A stretch of 63,843 nt of DNA, filler included, from Reticulomyxa filosa (GCA_000512085.1; 16 parts of 16 records of this genome joined end to end with filler, not necessarily neighbours in it), one strand, 5' to 3'. Positions 13,470 through 26,720 are shown, numbered from the whole stretch's first letter. Program-made: numbers and translations. Notes: generated by a model not told the origin, from the sequence alone.

Positions 13470-15500
13470 GACATGAATACACAATTAACACTAACGAACT
13501 GAGTATGATTATGTAGTTAATCTTGTTATATATCAACAACAACGTTTGTAATTGATAAAATTACATGATAAAATATAAATTGATTTACACATCAAAGAAA
13601 TCTAGAAAATTCATTCATTATCATATAATTTAGCATCGATATGTTATTTCAACGATGAAGTTTGTCAGAAATTTCGACTAAGAATGCAATAATATTTGCC
13701 GTAGTACATTCAGATGGTGCTATCACATTACAAGATGAAAATATCAATATAACAATATTTCAAAGTAGTCAAAGATAAAAATAATAAACAAAACATAAAT
13801 TTGTAAAACAAATGTCAAAAAGAAAATTGATAAATTAATATCAGGCAATCAAAAACTAGTGTCAAAACACACTTTTAATGTTGATCAAATAACTGTATTG
13901 GAAATGAAGCTGAAGTTGAAGCAAATTATAAAACAAATCAAACACAAAATATGCATAATATTAAGAAACAAAATGTTAATTATAACAATCAAATATCTAA
14001 TAATCAAATAGATAGCATTTTGGTATTAGTTCAATAGATCACCCAGCTTTATCACGAATATCATTTTGTTAATATTGAATTGAGCAAATTGAGAAAAGAA
14101 TGCAAAATAGACTTAGACGAATATACAATACAATGCTTAGAGCAATTGAAACGTGACATATCATATGCTAAATTGTTTATGCATTTAAAGCAAAACTAGT
14201 GACTAATCGCGCAATGTGATTCTTCAAATGATGCAATTAGTGCTACATTTTTATAAATTGGGACAGTCTTTGTTTATATATAGTTTATTTCGAAATAATT
14301 TAGTAAACACTAACACAGCTGGAAAAAAATTAAATTTACTCGTTTATGTATTAAATAATAGTATACGCTACATATTAATACTCAAATTTGTTGAGTAATT
14401 GATCACAAAAATATTATTCTTTATTGGCGTTATCAGTAAAGAATATAAACAGCATATTATCCAGATAGTAATTACAAATAAGCAAATTTCTTTCGAAGCT
14501 AAACAATCCACTGAATACGAAATTACAATTGCAGATTTTTTGTCTATGTATCTAATATCATTTACAACAAATAAGCTAATAGTCTTAACTAAATCAAATA
14601 AATCATATGATATCACAAATTATATATTCATCTATCTTGAACAGATAACTGTACGATTATGATACATTGTCTGAAAAGTATAAATATGTTTATTCCCAAA
14701 GTAACGACATAGTGATATAATCTATTAAAAATTATTTAACATAAAGATAACATAAATAATAAAACAAAATATTAACTTATTGGAAAAACTCTTTAATACA
14801 AAATAAAATCAGATTAAATAAAATAAATATAATTACATATAATTATAAATAAATTGTACTTTGATCAATTTGAAATTAAATGCTATATTTTCATTTTGTA
14901 TCAATGGGCGCAAAGTATCGAATCAACAATTCGTAAATATGCACTTAAATATATTCGCAAACTTGAAACAGTTTTTATAATTTTTCAAGTATCAAATCGC
15001 AAAAAGTAAATATAACAATAATGTTGGCGAAGTCCAACATTTTCTAGAAGTTATGACTTTACAAATATTATGTTTGCCATAATGTGTCATTACCACAAAC
15101 TATAAAAGGACATAAATATATACTATAATTGAAGTTTCACTGTCTGCCATTTCAATCAAAACAAATACGCCAATATATATAAATATCGCATTTACCAATG
15201 AATTGATATATACATAGCACCTGAGACAATCATATCAGATAATCTCGCAAAATTCACATTAAAATCGCAAATATAATACAGATTATGAAAATAAGTTAAT
15301 TGTTCAAAACATACTGTCATCAAACAAGTTTGACGATTTAGGATTTCATCGTTACTTGAAAGAACGTCTGGTCAATATTTGTATTGATCGTGATGTAGAC
15401 TTCATAGATGGAAGCTATTTGTTACAAACAACCAACATTTCGTACAACATTACCAAACAAAATGTCGAAGTTGAGCCATGGAAAATAAAGAATTAGAAAA
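13470..15500. pseudogene. ORF-free, very AT-rich block resembling decayed coding sequence; family unassigned
   Basis: About 2 kb with no credible ORF, lacking the long homopolymer tracts typical of local introns and intergenic DNA, with coding-like texture and many stops. Confidence 0.3.
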
Positions 15501-15719
15501 CGACCCTGAAGAACTAAATTGTTTTCTTGTTTTTCCTTTAATTTAACTGTTGTTTTATTTTGAAATTAGTTCAAAAGATCTATTTCCTTTCATATTGCAC
15601 TTATCTGGTGCGAAGTAATTACTTGTCGAAATACTTTGGAAAAGAGATATTGAGCTTTAATATGCAATTTGAAAAATCAAAAATCAACAAATTGGATGTA
15701 AAAAAATTGATGAATACAA

Positions 15720-16949
15720 TCAAGTATTATTTTTTTCAAGTTCAACCATGTCATTAGCAGTCATTTCTTCTTCATCAATGAGTAGCTGTGCACCAAGAAC
15801 CCACACATCACTGGCCATTGTGGGTAAAGCTTCCAACAACACCAAAATGGACATTGTCCACAGCATTTGATATCCGGGCATAACAGTCATCTAAAAAAAA
15901 AAATGTGTCAATACACACAAAAAAATTAACCAATCATTTTTATGGATTGTTTTTTTCTAATAAATAAATAAAAATAAGAAATAACGTCTCCAGTATCAGG
16001 ATAAAATCGACAATCAAGAGCCGAAGATCCCCACCAATACAAGACCAAGCCACTGAATAAAGCCATTAGAGTGAAGCGATGAATGACAGGCCTAACAAGC
16101 AAAAGAAGGCACGCAACTTCAACAATGCAACATCCAATCACAGCGAGCCACTGAGCGAAGGCACTTTCCATAACTCCCAAATTGATCCAACTGGCAAAAT
16201 AAGCCAGTGAAATGATCGCGTGAACGAATATGCATCCAACCCATAATTGGATTCTTCGTCGACGATCTTTGATCTTTTTAAAATAATCAATTGTCAAGAT
16301 GCTTATGTATGCCGTAACCAACAAGCAATTCGCAAATCGATAGATGTTATCTACCTCTGGCTTTGTTTATATATGTGTATATTACATTCTTATATGTATA
16401 CGTGTGTGTATGTTTGTCATCATATTCAATACATAGTTTATCATTATCATAACCCCTTTTCTTTTTAAAAATTTTTTTTGGATGTTGGTCCCCTTTTTTT
16501 TTGCTATACATGTTGGTTTCCTCCTTCCGTGTTCCACCCCCAGTCACGCCATCCTCCAAAACACACTGCTGCCGTGATCACTTGCCACATTAAAAAACTA
16601 AAGGCATTGGTATACAGCATCAGTTGATTATTTTCGGTCGTGTTGAATGCTAGTCGCTTTGTGAAGTGCCACCAGCAAAACATCGTGCATATGTAAAAAA
16701 ATGGAATGAAATATAATATCGGGTTGGATGCGTTGTAAAACATTTCCTGTTCTCAGTAATCCATTGTCCCCCCCCCCCAACCACCTTACTCTACATTGAT
16801 AATAAATGACAAATTTGTACTCTCTTTAACACAAAACCAACCACAGAGATAAATGATGATCCCGTCACAATACTAAAGAAAAACAAGAGTGTGGCCTCTA
16901 TTTGAATCCTCTTGTCCCATACTTCTAGCAGATCTTCACAATATTTCAT
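15720..16949 (-). CDS. 7-TM alkaline-ceramidase/CREST-superfamily-like membrane protein with degenerate metal ligands; about 4 exons
   Basis: Spliced reading: MKYCEDLLEVW..IEATLLFFFS (cf. ceramidase WCE..AEFWNTxSN); CTMFCWWHFTKRLAF..NNQLMLY (cf. GSxxFHxTL..QLLDELPMIY); SALDCRFY...PGYQMLWTMS (cf. W.ID..FC...HxxWH). Stop TGA at 15720-15722. Confidence 0.5.
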
Positions 16950-17401
16950 ATTTCTGCTTTTTTATTCCCTACACCTAAAATATTTAGAAAATACAGACCA
17001 ACCTGTACTTAAAAAAAAAGAAATTTTATCACACATAATTTGCGCATATATTATGCCAATCTTGTTTTACTCTATCATTTTTATTTATCTGATATTTTAG
17101 AATTGATTCTCGTTATATTTCAACAAAAAATTTAAATGCTTTTACATTCTCATTATATCGCACCTTCACAAATGTTGTTCTTTAAAACTTGATTTACTCC
17201 TATTTAAACTAATAGTGTTTGTAACATGCAAAAAAATCATATTCTCAACGAGAGAAGCAGAAGGGGGGAACGTGAGATTAAGTGAACAATTGAAATAGGA
17301 TTCCAATAGGAAAATTATCTAAAAAACATTGATATTTTATTTTGATCATAAACTAATAAACTTCGAAAAGATTATAATCTCAAGAAGAAACCTTGAGCAC
17401 G

Positions 17402-19365
17402 ATGAGTGATCTTTCTCTTGTTGAGTCAGCAGTGACTCAATCATTTAACCAGTTTCCTCATATAGAAGAGCCAATAAAAAGATTTCTGAAAGAAATTGTG
17501 GTTCAATTATATCAGTTGGCTTTGCTGACAGGAGAAGACGAAAAAAAACTGACACTGGCCCAAAACTTGTTAAAAGTTGAGTATTATGATTGTTTCCCCT
17601 ACTTTAAAATAAAAATAAAAAGACAAATGGACAACAAGGAAAAAAAACCTAAAATAAATAAATAAATAAAAAAAGAAATCAACAGACCCTTACGACCGAT
17701 GTTTACAAGAAGAGCATCAATTGCGTCTGTTGCGTGACTGGCTGTCAAACATAATATCTCCACCAACACTACCTCTGTTTACAATCATATTAATCAAACT
17801 AATGGAATCATTGGTGGATGTTGGCCCGAGTGGTGTTATCAAAAACGCGTTACTCACTGTCAAAAAGGGCAATTTGAACAGCAACGAAAACAACCAAAAA
17901 TACCAAGTTTTTTTTTAAAATAATAAAAAAAAGAGATTGTGTTGACCGTATTTTTAAGGGGAAAAAAAAAGGGAGTCGGAAATAAAGATTTTTTTTTTTT
18001 TTTTTTTAAAAAGGGCAGTAATGTCCCTTTTTCAAAAAATAAAAATAAAAATAAAAATGAAACAACACACAACATACAAAAGGGTCGTCAATCATTTTTA
18101 CGTAAGATAGCCAATCGAGCAAGTATTCCTCGTGATCCAACAAAAGAAGAGAATCCAAACGGACCAATGTCGACAACAACGAGCAAGACAATTGGGAATG
18201 ACGGGAAACGACCTTTTGAAGTAGCCCCTCCTTATCCGACACTGACGATACACGAACAAAAGCAAATGGCATTGAAGATGCCCAGTTCATATGACAACGC
18301 CTCGCTGCTGAAGTTGAATGACGACAGCACCGACATTGGCGACACCTACGCGGAAGAGGTGAAGGAGGAACAGAAGAAGGAACACAACAGCATGAAACTG
18401 GCACCCGAGTCGGCTGCCAATCGCAATAACAACAGTCAAGTAATCAGCAGCAATATCAGCATCAGTAGTGAAAACAGTACGAGCGAAGATGCTAATGGCA
18501 AGCACCAAAATCCAAATTTGAAAACAGTTGTGTTTGCCACCGCATCTAATGCAGTCAATGCATCTAATGCAGTCAATACATCTAATGCAGTCAATACAGC
18601 CAATCAAAATAACGGCAATAAACAAAATAAAAAACGATCAAAAGAGAAACTCACCGAAAAAGATAAAGCCAAATTTTTTCACAGTTATCAGTGCATTTGC
18701 TTATGTTTAATCCAAACTTTGACCCAAGTGATGGACCACACGCTGGAATCACATCACTACGACTACGATCTTGTCTTCACATCCGAATTCGATGACATTG
18801 TCAACGACGTCATTTTGTTTAGCTTTGATCGCTTGAACTTCCATTTCAAAAAAGAATTAAGAGAAAGTGTTTCAGAATTACTTGGGTATTTCACATTATG
18901 TGTATATATATATATATATATATGTATACATATGTATGTACATGCATATGTATATTAAATACTTTACTTATATAATACTTTGCTCACTTTCAATCGTCAA
19001 GTCATGTCAGAGATCAACATTCCTAATCTTGTTTTTTTGTTAATGAAAAGGGTGATCTCGGGTAAGTACTTGAATTTCATTTGCAATCGTATATTGACGA
19101 TGTGGGATGATTGCATCAAAGCGGAATCGAATCAAACTGTTGATCAATTTGCTATTTTGCACGGATGTGTGCAACACTTACACTTTGACATTAATGGTAG
19201 AAACAGGAAGAATGTGTTGAATTATCTCACTGAATTAGTTAATTCTGACATAATCTTTTTTTTTTTTTATTTTTTTTTAAAAAAACTAAATTACAAAATA
19301 GAACGTACGTGCATATGTGCTGCGTGCGTATAGAAGAACATGTTTAGGAAAGAAAAAAAAAAAAA
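17402..19365 (+). CDS. Large helical protein, N-terminal part (3' truncated); possibly Furry/Tao3 (MOR2-PAG1)-like
   Basis: Multi-exon ORFs 17393-17665, 17721-17918, 17939-18958 and 18980-19333. The segment LRESVSELLG/VISGKYLNFICNRI..FAILHGCVQHLHF resembles the Furry N-terminal AE(L/V)LG..S..F..V..RF..GM.YL pattern. Contains a 3x 18-nt coding minisatellite (ASNAVN) at ~18542-18597. Confidence 0.4.
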
Positions 19366-19465
19366 NNNNNNNNNNNNNNNNNNNNNNNNNNNNNNNNNNN
19401 NNNNNNNNNTTAATTAATTAANNNNNNNNNNNNNNNNNNNNNNNNNNNNNNNNNNNNNNNNNNNN
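19366..19465. other. Artificial contig linker N44-TTAATTAATTAA-N44 (first of 15)
   Basis: Identical 100-nt spacers with a stop-in-all-frames core start at 19366, 22421, 25646, 29307, 32326, 36505, 38586, 40555, 43377, 44808, 46281, 49696, 57829, 59041 and 61262. Confidence 0.98.
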
Positions 19466-19876
19466 CCTTGCCTTTGGTTTTGCTGTTTGTGTCATTTGTA
19501 TTAGCAATATTAGCTTGTTGTTGTTGTTGTTGTTGTTGTTGTTATCTTTATTGCTTGCTCTTTGGAACGAGTATTTTCGGACCAACTCAATTCTCTGTCC
19601 TCATCATCACCATTATTATTTCTCTCTTCTTCTCTATCGTCGTCTGTCAACTCTTCCTCCCTTTCGTTGCCAATGTCAATATCCTCTTCCTCGTTTTCAA
19701 ACATCTCAGATGACCTCGCACTGTCCTGCGAATTGCGAGACAGCGACGCGGACAAGCGCCCCTTTTCGTCTATTGTCGGCATTGTCTCTCCTGGCGTGTG
19801 TGGTGCCGATGACAATGATGACAGTGACGTACGTACACTGTTCACATTATTATTATTATTATTACTATTGTTATTA

Positions 19877-19930
<54 letters not shown>

Positions 19931-20436
19931 GTTGTTGTGTCCAACACATGATGCGTATGCGGCAGTTGGATGACTATCTCAATGCTTGTCAACACTCCAC
20001 GATTCGTCAATGCAATAACATCGCCTATGCCACGGTAGGATATAATAATATGTGTCATTTGGGTCAACATCACATCACTCATCGCACTCAAGACACTGCT
20101 CTTTCGACACCAGTGCAATATCACATATATGCACGGATGAATGTAGGTTGGCTTTGGAGAGTTCTTTTTTTTATTCGAAGGTCTTCCGTGACGAGAGGAC
20201 GGACGTGACTTTTGCTGCTGTTGTTGCTGTTGGGCTATTGACAACTTCTTCTCTTGAGACAAAAATGACAACCTTCCGTTTGATCGTATTCCTGAATTGC
20301 GCTTTTCACCTCCTTGAACTACTGGCGTTGCAACTGTCAGTGGCGCTTGGGGTTTATGACTACCCAAGCTTACTCTTGAATTTGGCGTATGTGGAGGAAA
20401 CACTGCCGTTTTGGCTGAGAGACGAGAGACAGACAT
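19466..20436 (-). CDS. Low-complexity protein N-terminus (poly-Q, poly-N, acidic), 3' truncated, function unknown
   Basis: ORF 19510-20469 with ATG at 20436 (MSVSRLSAK). It probably includes short introns. No domain recognised. Confidence 0.5.
19846..19930. repeat. (AAT)n microsatellite encoding poly-Asn on the minus strand
   Basis: About 28 near-perfect ATT/TTA triplets. Confidence 0.9.
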
Positions 20437-20967
20437 TATCTTTTTCCCCTTCAAACTCCGGTAGGGCAAGGGCCCTACGGGGTGTCACAAAGTTTCGAGC
20501 GAACTTTGGAACCCTTTTCACTAAACGTTTCTTTCTTTTTATTATTCTTTGCTGTGCTGTCCTTGTTTCCTTATTCGAGTTAATTGCACTTTTATTTCAA
20601 CTTTTCCACAAGAGCAAACTTTTTGTATTACACTTTCTTTTTGCTTCTATCATTTTCTGCACTCCTTATTTTTGCATTATTTGTCATTCAGTATCTGTTT
20701 TTTCGTTGCTATCATATTACCTACTTTTAACATTGTTGAATACTGGAATATACACAAAAAATGGAAAAAGTACTTGTAACAGCGTAAAATGTTTCTGACT
20801 GTATTTGCTATTTTTGAATGGTGGCAGATTTGTTCGTGCTAGAAATGCTTGTCTCTGTGGAAAAAGACAAGCACATGAAACAACAAAAAATACGAACAAC
20901 AAAAATTTTTTTGAAAAAGCATTCCCAGATCATTCCTTAGCTTTCTTTGGGAAGAAGAAGAGTAATA

Positions 20968-22313
20968 ATGTCAGCGTCAGTTGAAAATGGCGTGCCTCCT
21001 GGGCAAACGGCCGTAGTAGAATCGAGTCGTTCGTCTTTGACGACAGCTCTTTTGACGAGTGAGTCAGAGACCGCGGAAGAAAAGACGAACAGTAAAGAGG
21101 CAAGTCCGGTGGGCCATGAGATCAAAATAGCAAATCCAAAGGATGGTGTGCAAACGGAAAGTGGAAAAGTGTATAACAGTAACAACAGCAATATCATCAA
21201 TAACAATAACAATCAATCATCGGTCTTAGAAACAAATGATTCAAACGGATCAAACAAAACCAAATCAAACCAATCAAACCAATCAAACCAACCAAAAGCC
21301 AGACACACCAAGGATTCCAGCACCAGGGACTACAACGACAACGAATTCTCTGACGAGTAATGGGAGCGACAGTGTGACATCCACATCCCCGACTTCCACC
21401 ATCGCCACAGTTGCTGCCACTACCACAAACGGCAAGAGTGGCGAAGACGATTCGAAAGATGAGACGACACTGCTTAAGCAACTTGGCTTTGATGCAAATG
21501 GAGAGCTGATGCCTGGATTTGAAGATGTTCAAGACGACAAACTCTCTTTCACCAGCGACTCTGATTTTGTCATTTTCAATCGTCAAATTGCCAGTGACAT
21601 TCCATTGCAAAGAGTTTTACTCTAAGAACAACAATACAAACAAAAGTCTTTTTTTTTTTTTTTAAGAAAAATGAAAAAAGGGCATTGTATACGTTCCTTA
21701 TGTCAAACTTTGATTGAACATAAAAAAAGGGGGGGGGGGACAAAAGAGTGTAAGGAATGCAACAAAGGCAATTATTGTACATATGCTAATCAAGTTTTTT
21801 ATTATTATTATTATTTAAAAAACTTAAAGTCTCAACAATAATGTTCCAACCATTGAGAATAAAGTGACATATATATGTGTGTATGTGTGTGTGTGTGTGT
21901 ATTATGACATGACATCGGAATGCCAGCTGGTTGCAATGAAAAGGCTTGCGTCAGCTTGTCCTTTGTTTGGTTCGAAAGCAGCGTTTTCATTGGTCGATCG
22001 CATCCGTGGCGTGGCCAGCGACAAAGAAATGGTGATTCGGCAAACGTGTGCAGAGCAGCTGGGCGGGTATGCCAAGTATTTAATCGAGTCCACCAACGAC
22101 AGCAAAGAGGCACACGAACTGATCATCAAAGAGCTGTTGCCATTGCTCAAGGAAATGTTGCGAGACGCCGTAGAGGTTCGACAAGCTGCTGCCACTTCTT
22201 TGATTTTCGTGGCCGAGCTGCTTACCAAAGACGAAGTCTGCGAACATGTGCTCAAAATTGTCTTGCACATGGCACATGATGACACTGACGATCAAAAAAT
22301 TTCTGCTCTGCCG
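20968..22313 (+). CDS. HEAT-repeat protein, PP4R1/PP2A-A-like phosphatase scaffold, N-terminal part (3' truncated)
   Basis: DKEMVIRQTCAEQLG, LLPLLKEMLRDAVEVRQAAATSL and VLKIVLHMAHDD are HEAT repeats, following a low-complexity N-terminus. Confidence 0.65.
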
Positions 22314-22881
22314 GTCCTATCTACTTTTTTTTTTTTTTTTTCTTTCTGTTGTGCATTTTGTGTTTGTGTATCATCGAACAACAACAATAACAAAAAAAAA
22401 AAAAAAAAAAAAAAAAAAAANNNNNNNNNNNNNNNNNNNNNNNNNNNNNNNNNNNNNNNNNNNNTTAATTAATTAANNNNNNNNNNNNNNNNNNNNNNNN
22501 NNNNNNNNNNNNNNNNNNNNAAAAAAAGGCAAACCAATTATTTCCAACATTTCAAGAGGTTGATTGTGAAGGACATTAAAGTAATTATCAGTAGGGAAGA
22601 TATTATTGGCACAACAAAGAGTTACTTATGCGGATCTCAAAGACTCATTTGACAAGTTGTAATAATCAATATTCAGAAAGAAATAACTTTCTTCTAGTAA
22701 TTTGTGTCACCAACAGTTGTAATACAAGGAGTCGATTTTTTTATTTTCAACAAAAGATCAAACAAGTTGCAAAAATGAGAAGAGAAAAACGGTGACCACG
22801 ATGCAAAACTTATTAGCTTTTGTTAATTTCAAGAATTCCAAAAAAAAAAAATTGTAAAATGAAACAACGTTTGGAAAGATC

Positions 22882-23413
22882 TCACTTAAAGCCATAAGGT
22901 GGCAAAATTTTATCAGTTGCGGCTGAGCCCAATTCAGTGCCTGATTTCATCACCACCAAATCACCGACACGAATTGGTTGAGTGGTATCGTTCAGCAAAC
23001 ACACTGACATTGTTTTTGCTTTAACTGCTTGAATCACACCTATGTTATAAAAGGGGGGCACACGTCACAAATAAAAATTAATCGAAACAAAGAATGTTGG
23101 TAATTAGAAGGAGGACCCGAAGGGAAAGACAGAAAAATTTTTTATGACCCTTTTTTCCAAAAGAAAAAGGGGGGACGAAAAGGCGGAAAAAGTTTCGAAG
23201 AAAAAAGGTCTGTGTAGTTTTGTTAGGTTATTGACAAAAAAGTACCTTCGGTGGGATAAAAGCTTCCTGTTGTTTTATCAATAAAACCGACTTTTCTCAT
23301 CAAGGTCGCTTTTGGCCATGTTGTGCAGGTTACCACCTCATCTTTCAGCATTTTCACTACACCAAACATTCGTAATCTGTTCATATCTTCTGGTTGTTCG
23401 TTCAAGGACGCAA
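22882..23413 (-). CDS. Small protein resembling a stand-alone ATP synthase F1-alpha N-terminal beta-barrel; start exon unresolved
   Basis: Exons 23413-23246 and 23039-22882 (GT-AG, in frame) read ..RMFGVVKMLKDEVVTCTTWPKATLMRKVGF..EGVIQAVKAKTMSVCLLNDTTQPIRVGDLVVMKSG..FK*. This matches the alpha pattern G.V..+.D.+......+V.F....G+...+....+.V.+...D..I+.GD.V...G. Confidence 0.5.
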
Positions 23414-23884
23414 CTGTGCGATTTTATTTTGAACGTTTCCATCACTTGTTTATATTCTGATAAGGGAAGGAAAGGAAAAAAAGAAGAGATTAACTCTGCA
23501 AAAAGATAGCAATATCAAAACCGACTAATGCTGCCAAAAAAAAAAGCTTCCTTTTGAACACAACAAAAACGATTTTAGCTTTTTGTAAACTATTTGAATA
23601 ATATTTTTTTGTGCTTTGGAATACTTTTAAGTCTGTAAACATTTGCAGAAGACATTTAAATCTTTTAGAAAGAAATTGTTTTTTTCCGGATTTGTTTTGC
23701 TTCAAAGCTACATATCCAGTATTTAAAGTACTAATAAGATTTTTCACAACGTGTTATTTTTTTTATTGGCCGTAATGAAAATAAGAAGTTAATAAAAAAA
23801 AATTTGTTGAGATGTTGGATCAAAACAACACATCAAATTTTCTTAAAAAAAAAGTGGGAAAGTTAGATCCATCCCAAAAAAAAA

Positions 23885-24455
23885 TCAGAATTTTCTTTCT
23901 TTTTTTGTTCCTATTCTTTTTTTTTTGTTCCTATTCTTTCTCTGATCATTACTTTTTAGCGGTGTACTAAAAAAATCTTTTTTTGTCTGCTTCAGGTAAC
24001 TCATCCCACATGTGCTTCAGTGTCTGTTAATTTTATCGAATTTATAATATGCATTGTATAAATACATAAATATATATTGTATGTTTTCGCTAATGATATT
24101 ATCATTGTTTTTTTTTATTGTCGATCAAATGTTCCCAAAACTTCATTTTCGTGCTTTTGAAGTTGGTACAGTTCCCGTTGTTCATTTGTGAGAGCACAAA
24201 ACAACTCAAAGGCTTTCAAATCCACTTCAGTTGTCGTTGCACTGCTTTTCTTTGCTTTGTTTACCTTGTTTTGTTTTGGTGACACGTGAAGTTCATTTGT
24301 TCTGTCTTCCAGTAACAAAGCTTTAGGAAATGTAGGATTTTTGCGAAAAAGAAACTATATCCCTCTTAAAACATTACGTTTATAAATTAAGCTTGCAAAA
24401 CTTTTTTTGACTCATTTGCCTTCTTCAGCTTCAATGCCTTTTGAGAGGCTGAAAA
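23885..24455 (-). CDS. Small HMG-box-like protein, multi-exon
   Basis: KAFELFCALTNEQRELYQ (ORF 24115-24318) spliced to TLKHMWDELPEADKKRFF (~23965-24023) gives the HMG-box helix 1 and helix 3 patterns. Confidence 0.45.
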
Positions 24456-25759
24456 CAAAAAAGTCATTCTTTTATACGTTTTTTTGTTTTAAGGTGCTGA
24501 AGGCAATGCAACGTGGGCCACACAGAAGAACAAACACAGCAAAACGACCCTGTCTGCTGAAAACATACCGAGTTGCAAAAAAGTGCGTCTGGTGAAAAAC
24601 AAAGGCGAATATGATTTTCTCAGCAAGAAAAAACTTCGGGATAGTTGCATTATGATTATTTTTTTTTTTGAAATAATCCCTTCTCGTTTTTTTTGTCAAA
24701 AAAAAAAGTGAAAAGAAATGCTGTAAATGTTTTTCTGATAAATCTGAAAGCATATAAACTACTTTGCTAATTTTCTTCATTTCCTGACAAAGTGGTTGAA
24801 CATAGACTTAGATTGATTTTTCTGCAATAAGCAATTCAATATGTTATAATTCTACGAAATAAAGAAAAAACTTACATTTCTTTTTTCAAATATGAAAACA
24901 CAATAATTTTGAAAGTATAAATACGTAATGATTTTTTTAAAAAAGTGTGATGCATGTTTAATTTTTCGGGACACCCCATATATATTTATATTTCAAATTA
25001 AATTTATTGTTGGTAATTTAGAAAACATTATTGACGTAGCCAAGAGAATGTTATGCGTATTCTTTTTTTCATATTTTTTTCGATAAGTGCATACACAAAC
25101 GAAATGAACGTACATATAATATATAATCATCATCTTATTTGCATGATACTTTTCATTTTTTATTTTGAAAAAAGAAAAAAAATGATTTTGTAATGAGTTG
25201 CAGAATAACAAATGAAACAAACAATGTATTTATATAATATCAAAACATCAAACAAATATTTGTAAAATGAGAATTGATTTGTTTGAACCATTTGTATTAT
25301 TCATTAAAACTATTTTTCGGACATGACCACTTATGAATGTAAACAATGCAATCTCGTAAATCAAGGACATAAGTACTAAAAACATAATTTTTTACAATGG
25401 TTGAATCAGCTAATGTTTCTGAATTTGGACAACATTAAATGTATTGATTCTCTTCAAAACTGATCGTAGAACCTTTTAGCTTGTTCGACACCACTTTTTT
25501 GGGGAAAAACGCAAATATATAACAAACAGTGTACTTTTACGTAAAAACAGACAAGTGTCAGAAACTGAAAACTAAAGTAATACATTGTGCTGGTGGAACT
25601 AATCAATCAAATAAACAATAATTTTTCCTTTACACCAAAAAAAAANNNNNNNNNNNNNNNNNNNNNNNNNNNNNNNNNNNNNNNNNNNNTTAATTAATTA
25701 ANNNNNNNNNNNNNNNNNNNNNNNNNNNNNNNNNNNNNNNNNNNNAAAAAAAAAAAAAG

Positions 25760-26720
25760 ACTAATGTACGGTAACCAATTGAAGGTGATGTACGTCGGGG
25801 GTCCAAACACACGACGTGACTACCACATCGAATGTGGAGAGGAATTTTTGTACCAAATGAAAGGGACGATGCATCTGCCGATTGTGGAACAAGGAAAGCA
25901 TCGCAATGTCGAAATTAAAGAAGGATACATATTTTTGATTCCGAAACGAATGCCACATTCCCCGCAACGTCCAGAAAAAGGATCGGTAGGCTTGGTCGTC
26001 GAACGCTACCGACATGATCAAGAACTGGATGCATTGCGTTGGTATTCACAGAAAACGGGCAAAGAAAGTGAAGTCTTGTTTGAAAGATGGTTTCGCTGTA
26101 ATGACTTGGGTGTTGATTTAGTCCCCATTGCAAAAGTTTACTATTATTACTTTTTTTTTTTTTTTTTAAAAAAAAAAGGGAATTTTTTATTTTTTTGTTA
26201 AAAAAAAAAAAAGGAATTTCTAAGTTCAAAGGCGAATCAAAGTGGTGAACGGACGGAAGAAAGTTTGATCAGAGAAGCCCCCTACCAGTTGGCCACTGTA
26301 AAGGCACAAGATCCGTTCAACTTGCACGAGTTTATCCAGAGACATTCCAAAGAATTGGCAAAGAATAAAACTATTAATGTTTTGACTGGAGAAGAAACTA
26401 CCGTTCGAATTATCACTGGTATTTCTTTTTGTTTGTTGGGTTTGAGGGTCTCTTGGTTTTGTAACTTGCTATGTGTGCGTTTCATGAATTGACTAGGCGA
26501 AACTGAAATTCGTGAAACTCCTCCTGTCGATCTCTGGGTTTATGTGTTGAAGGGAACTGCCGGCATCAGCTTTGAGAAAGACTCGAAAGGCTCAGCCCGT
26601 GAGAAGCAAGTACTTCAACAGAGCGATTGTTTAATTGTGCAACCAAAACAGTCTTATGTATTATTTGTTAAAGACGAAACTGCACAAGTAATGACAGTGT
26701 CCATGAAACCAACACCATAA
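25760..26720 (+). CDS. HAAO: 3-hydroxyanthranilate 3,4-dioxygenase, 5' truncated, with C-terminal second cupin
   Basis: VMYVGGPNTRRDYHIECGEEFLYQMKG, PHSPQR, GLVVER, DLGVDLVP. Introns 26136-26213 and 26419-26496; stop TAA at 26718-26720. Confidence 0.95.

Noticed and set aside
16744-16765. In-frame TGA (DY*EQE) upstream of MFYNASN as selenocysteine or readthrough
   Set aside because: It lies in an intron ending ..GAACAG; an upstream exon supplies the N-terminus without recoding.
19515-19951. Poly-Leu and poly-Tyr ORFs
   Set aside because: Alternative frames of the AAT microsatellite.
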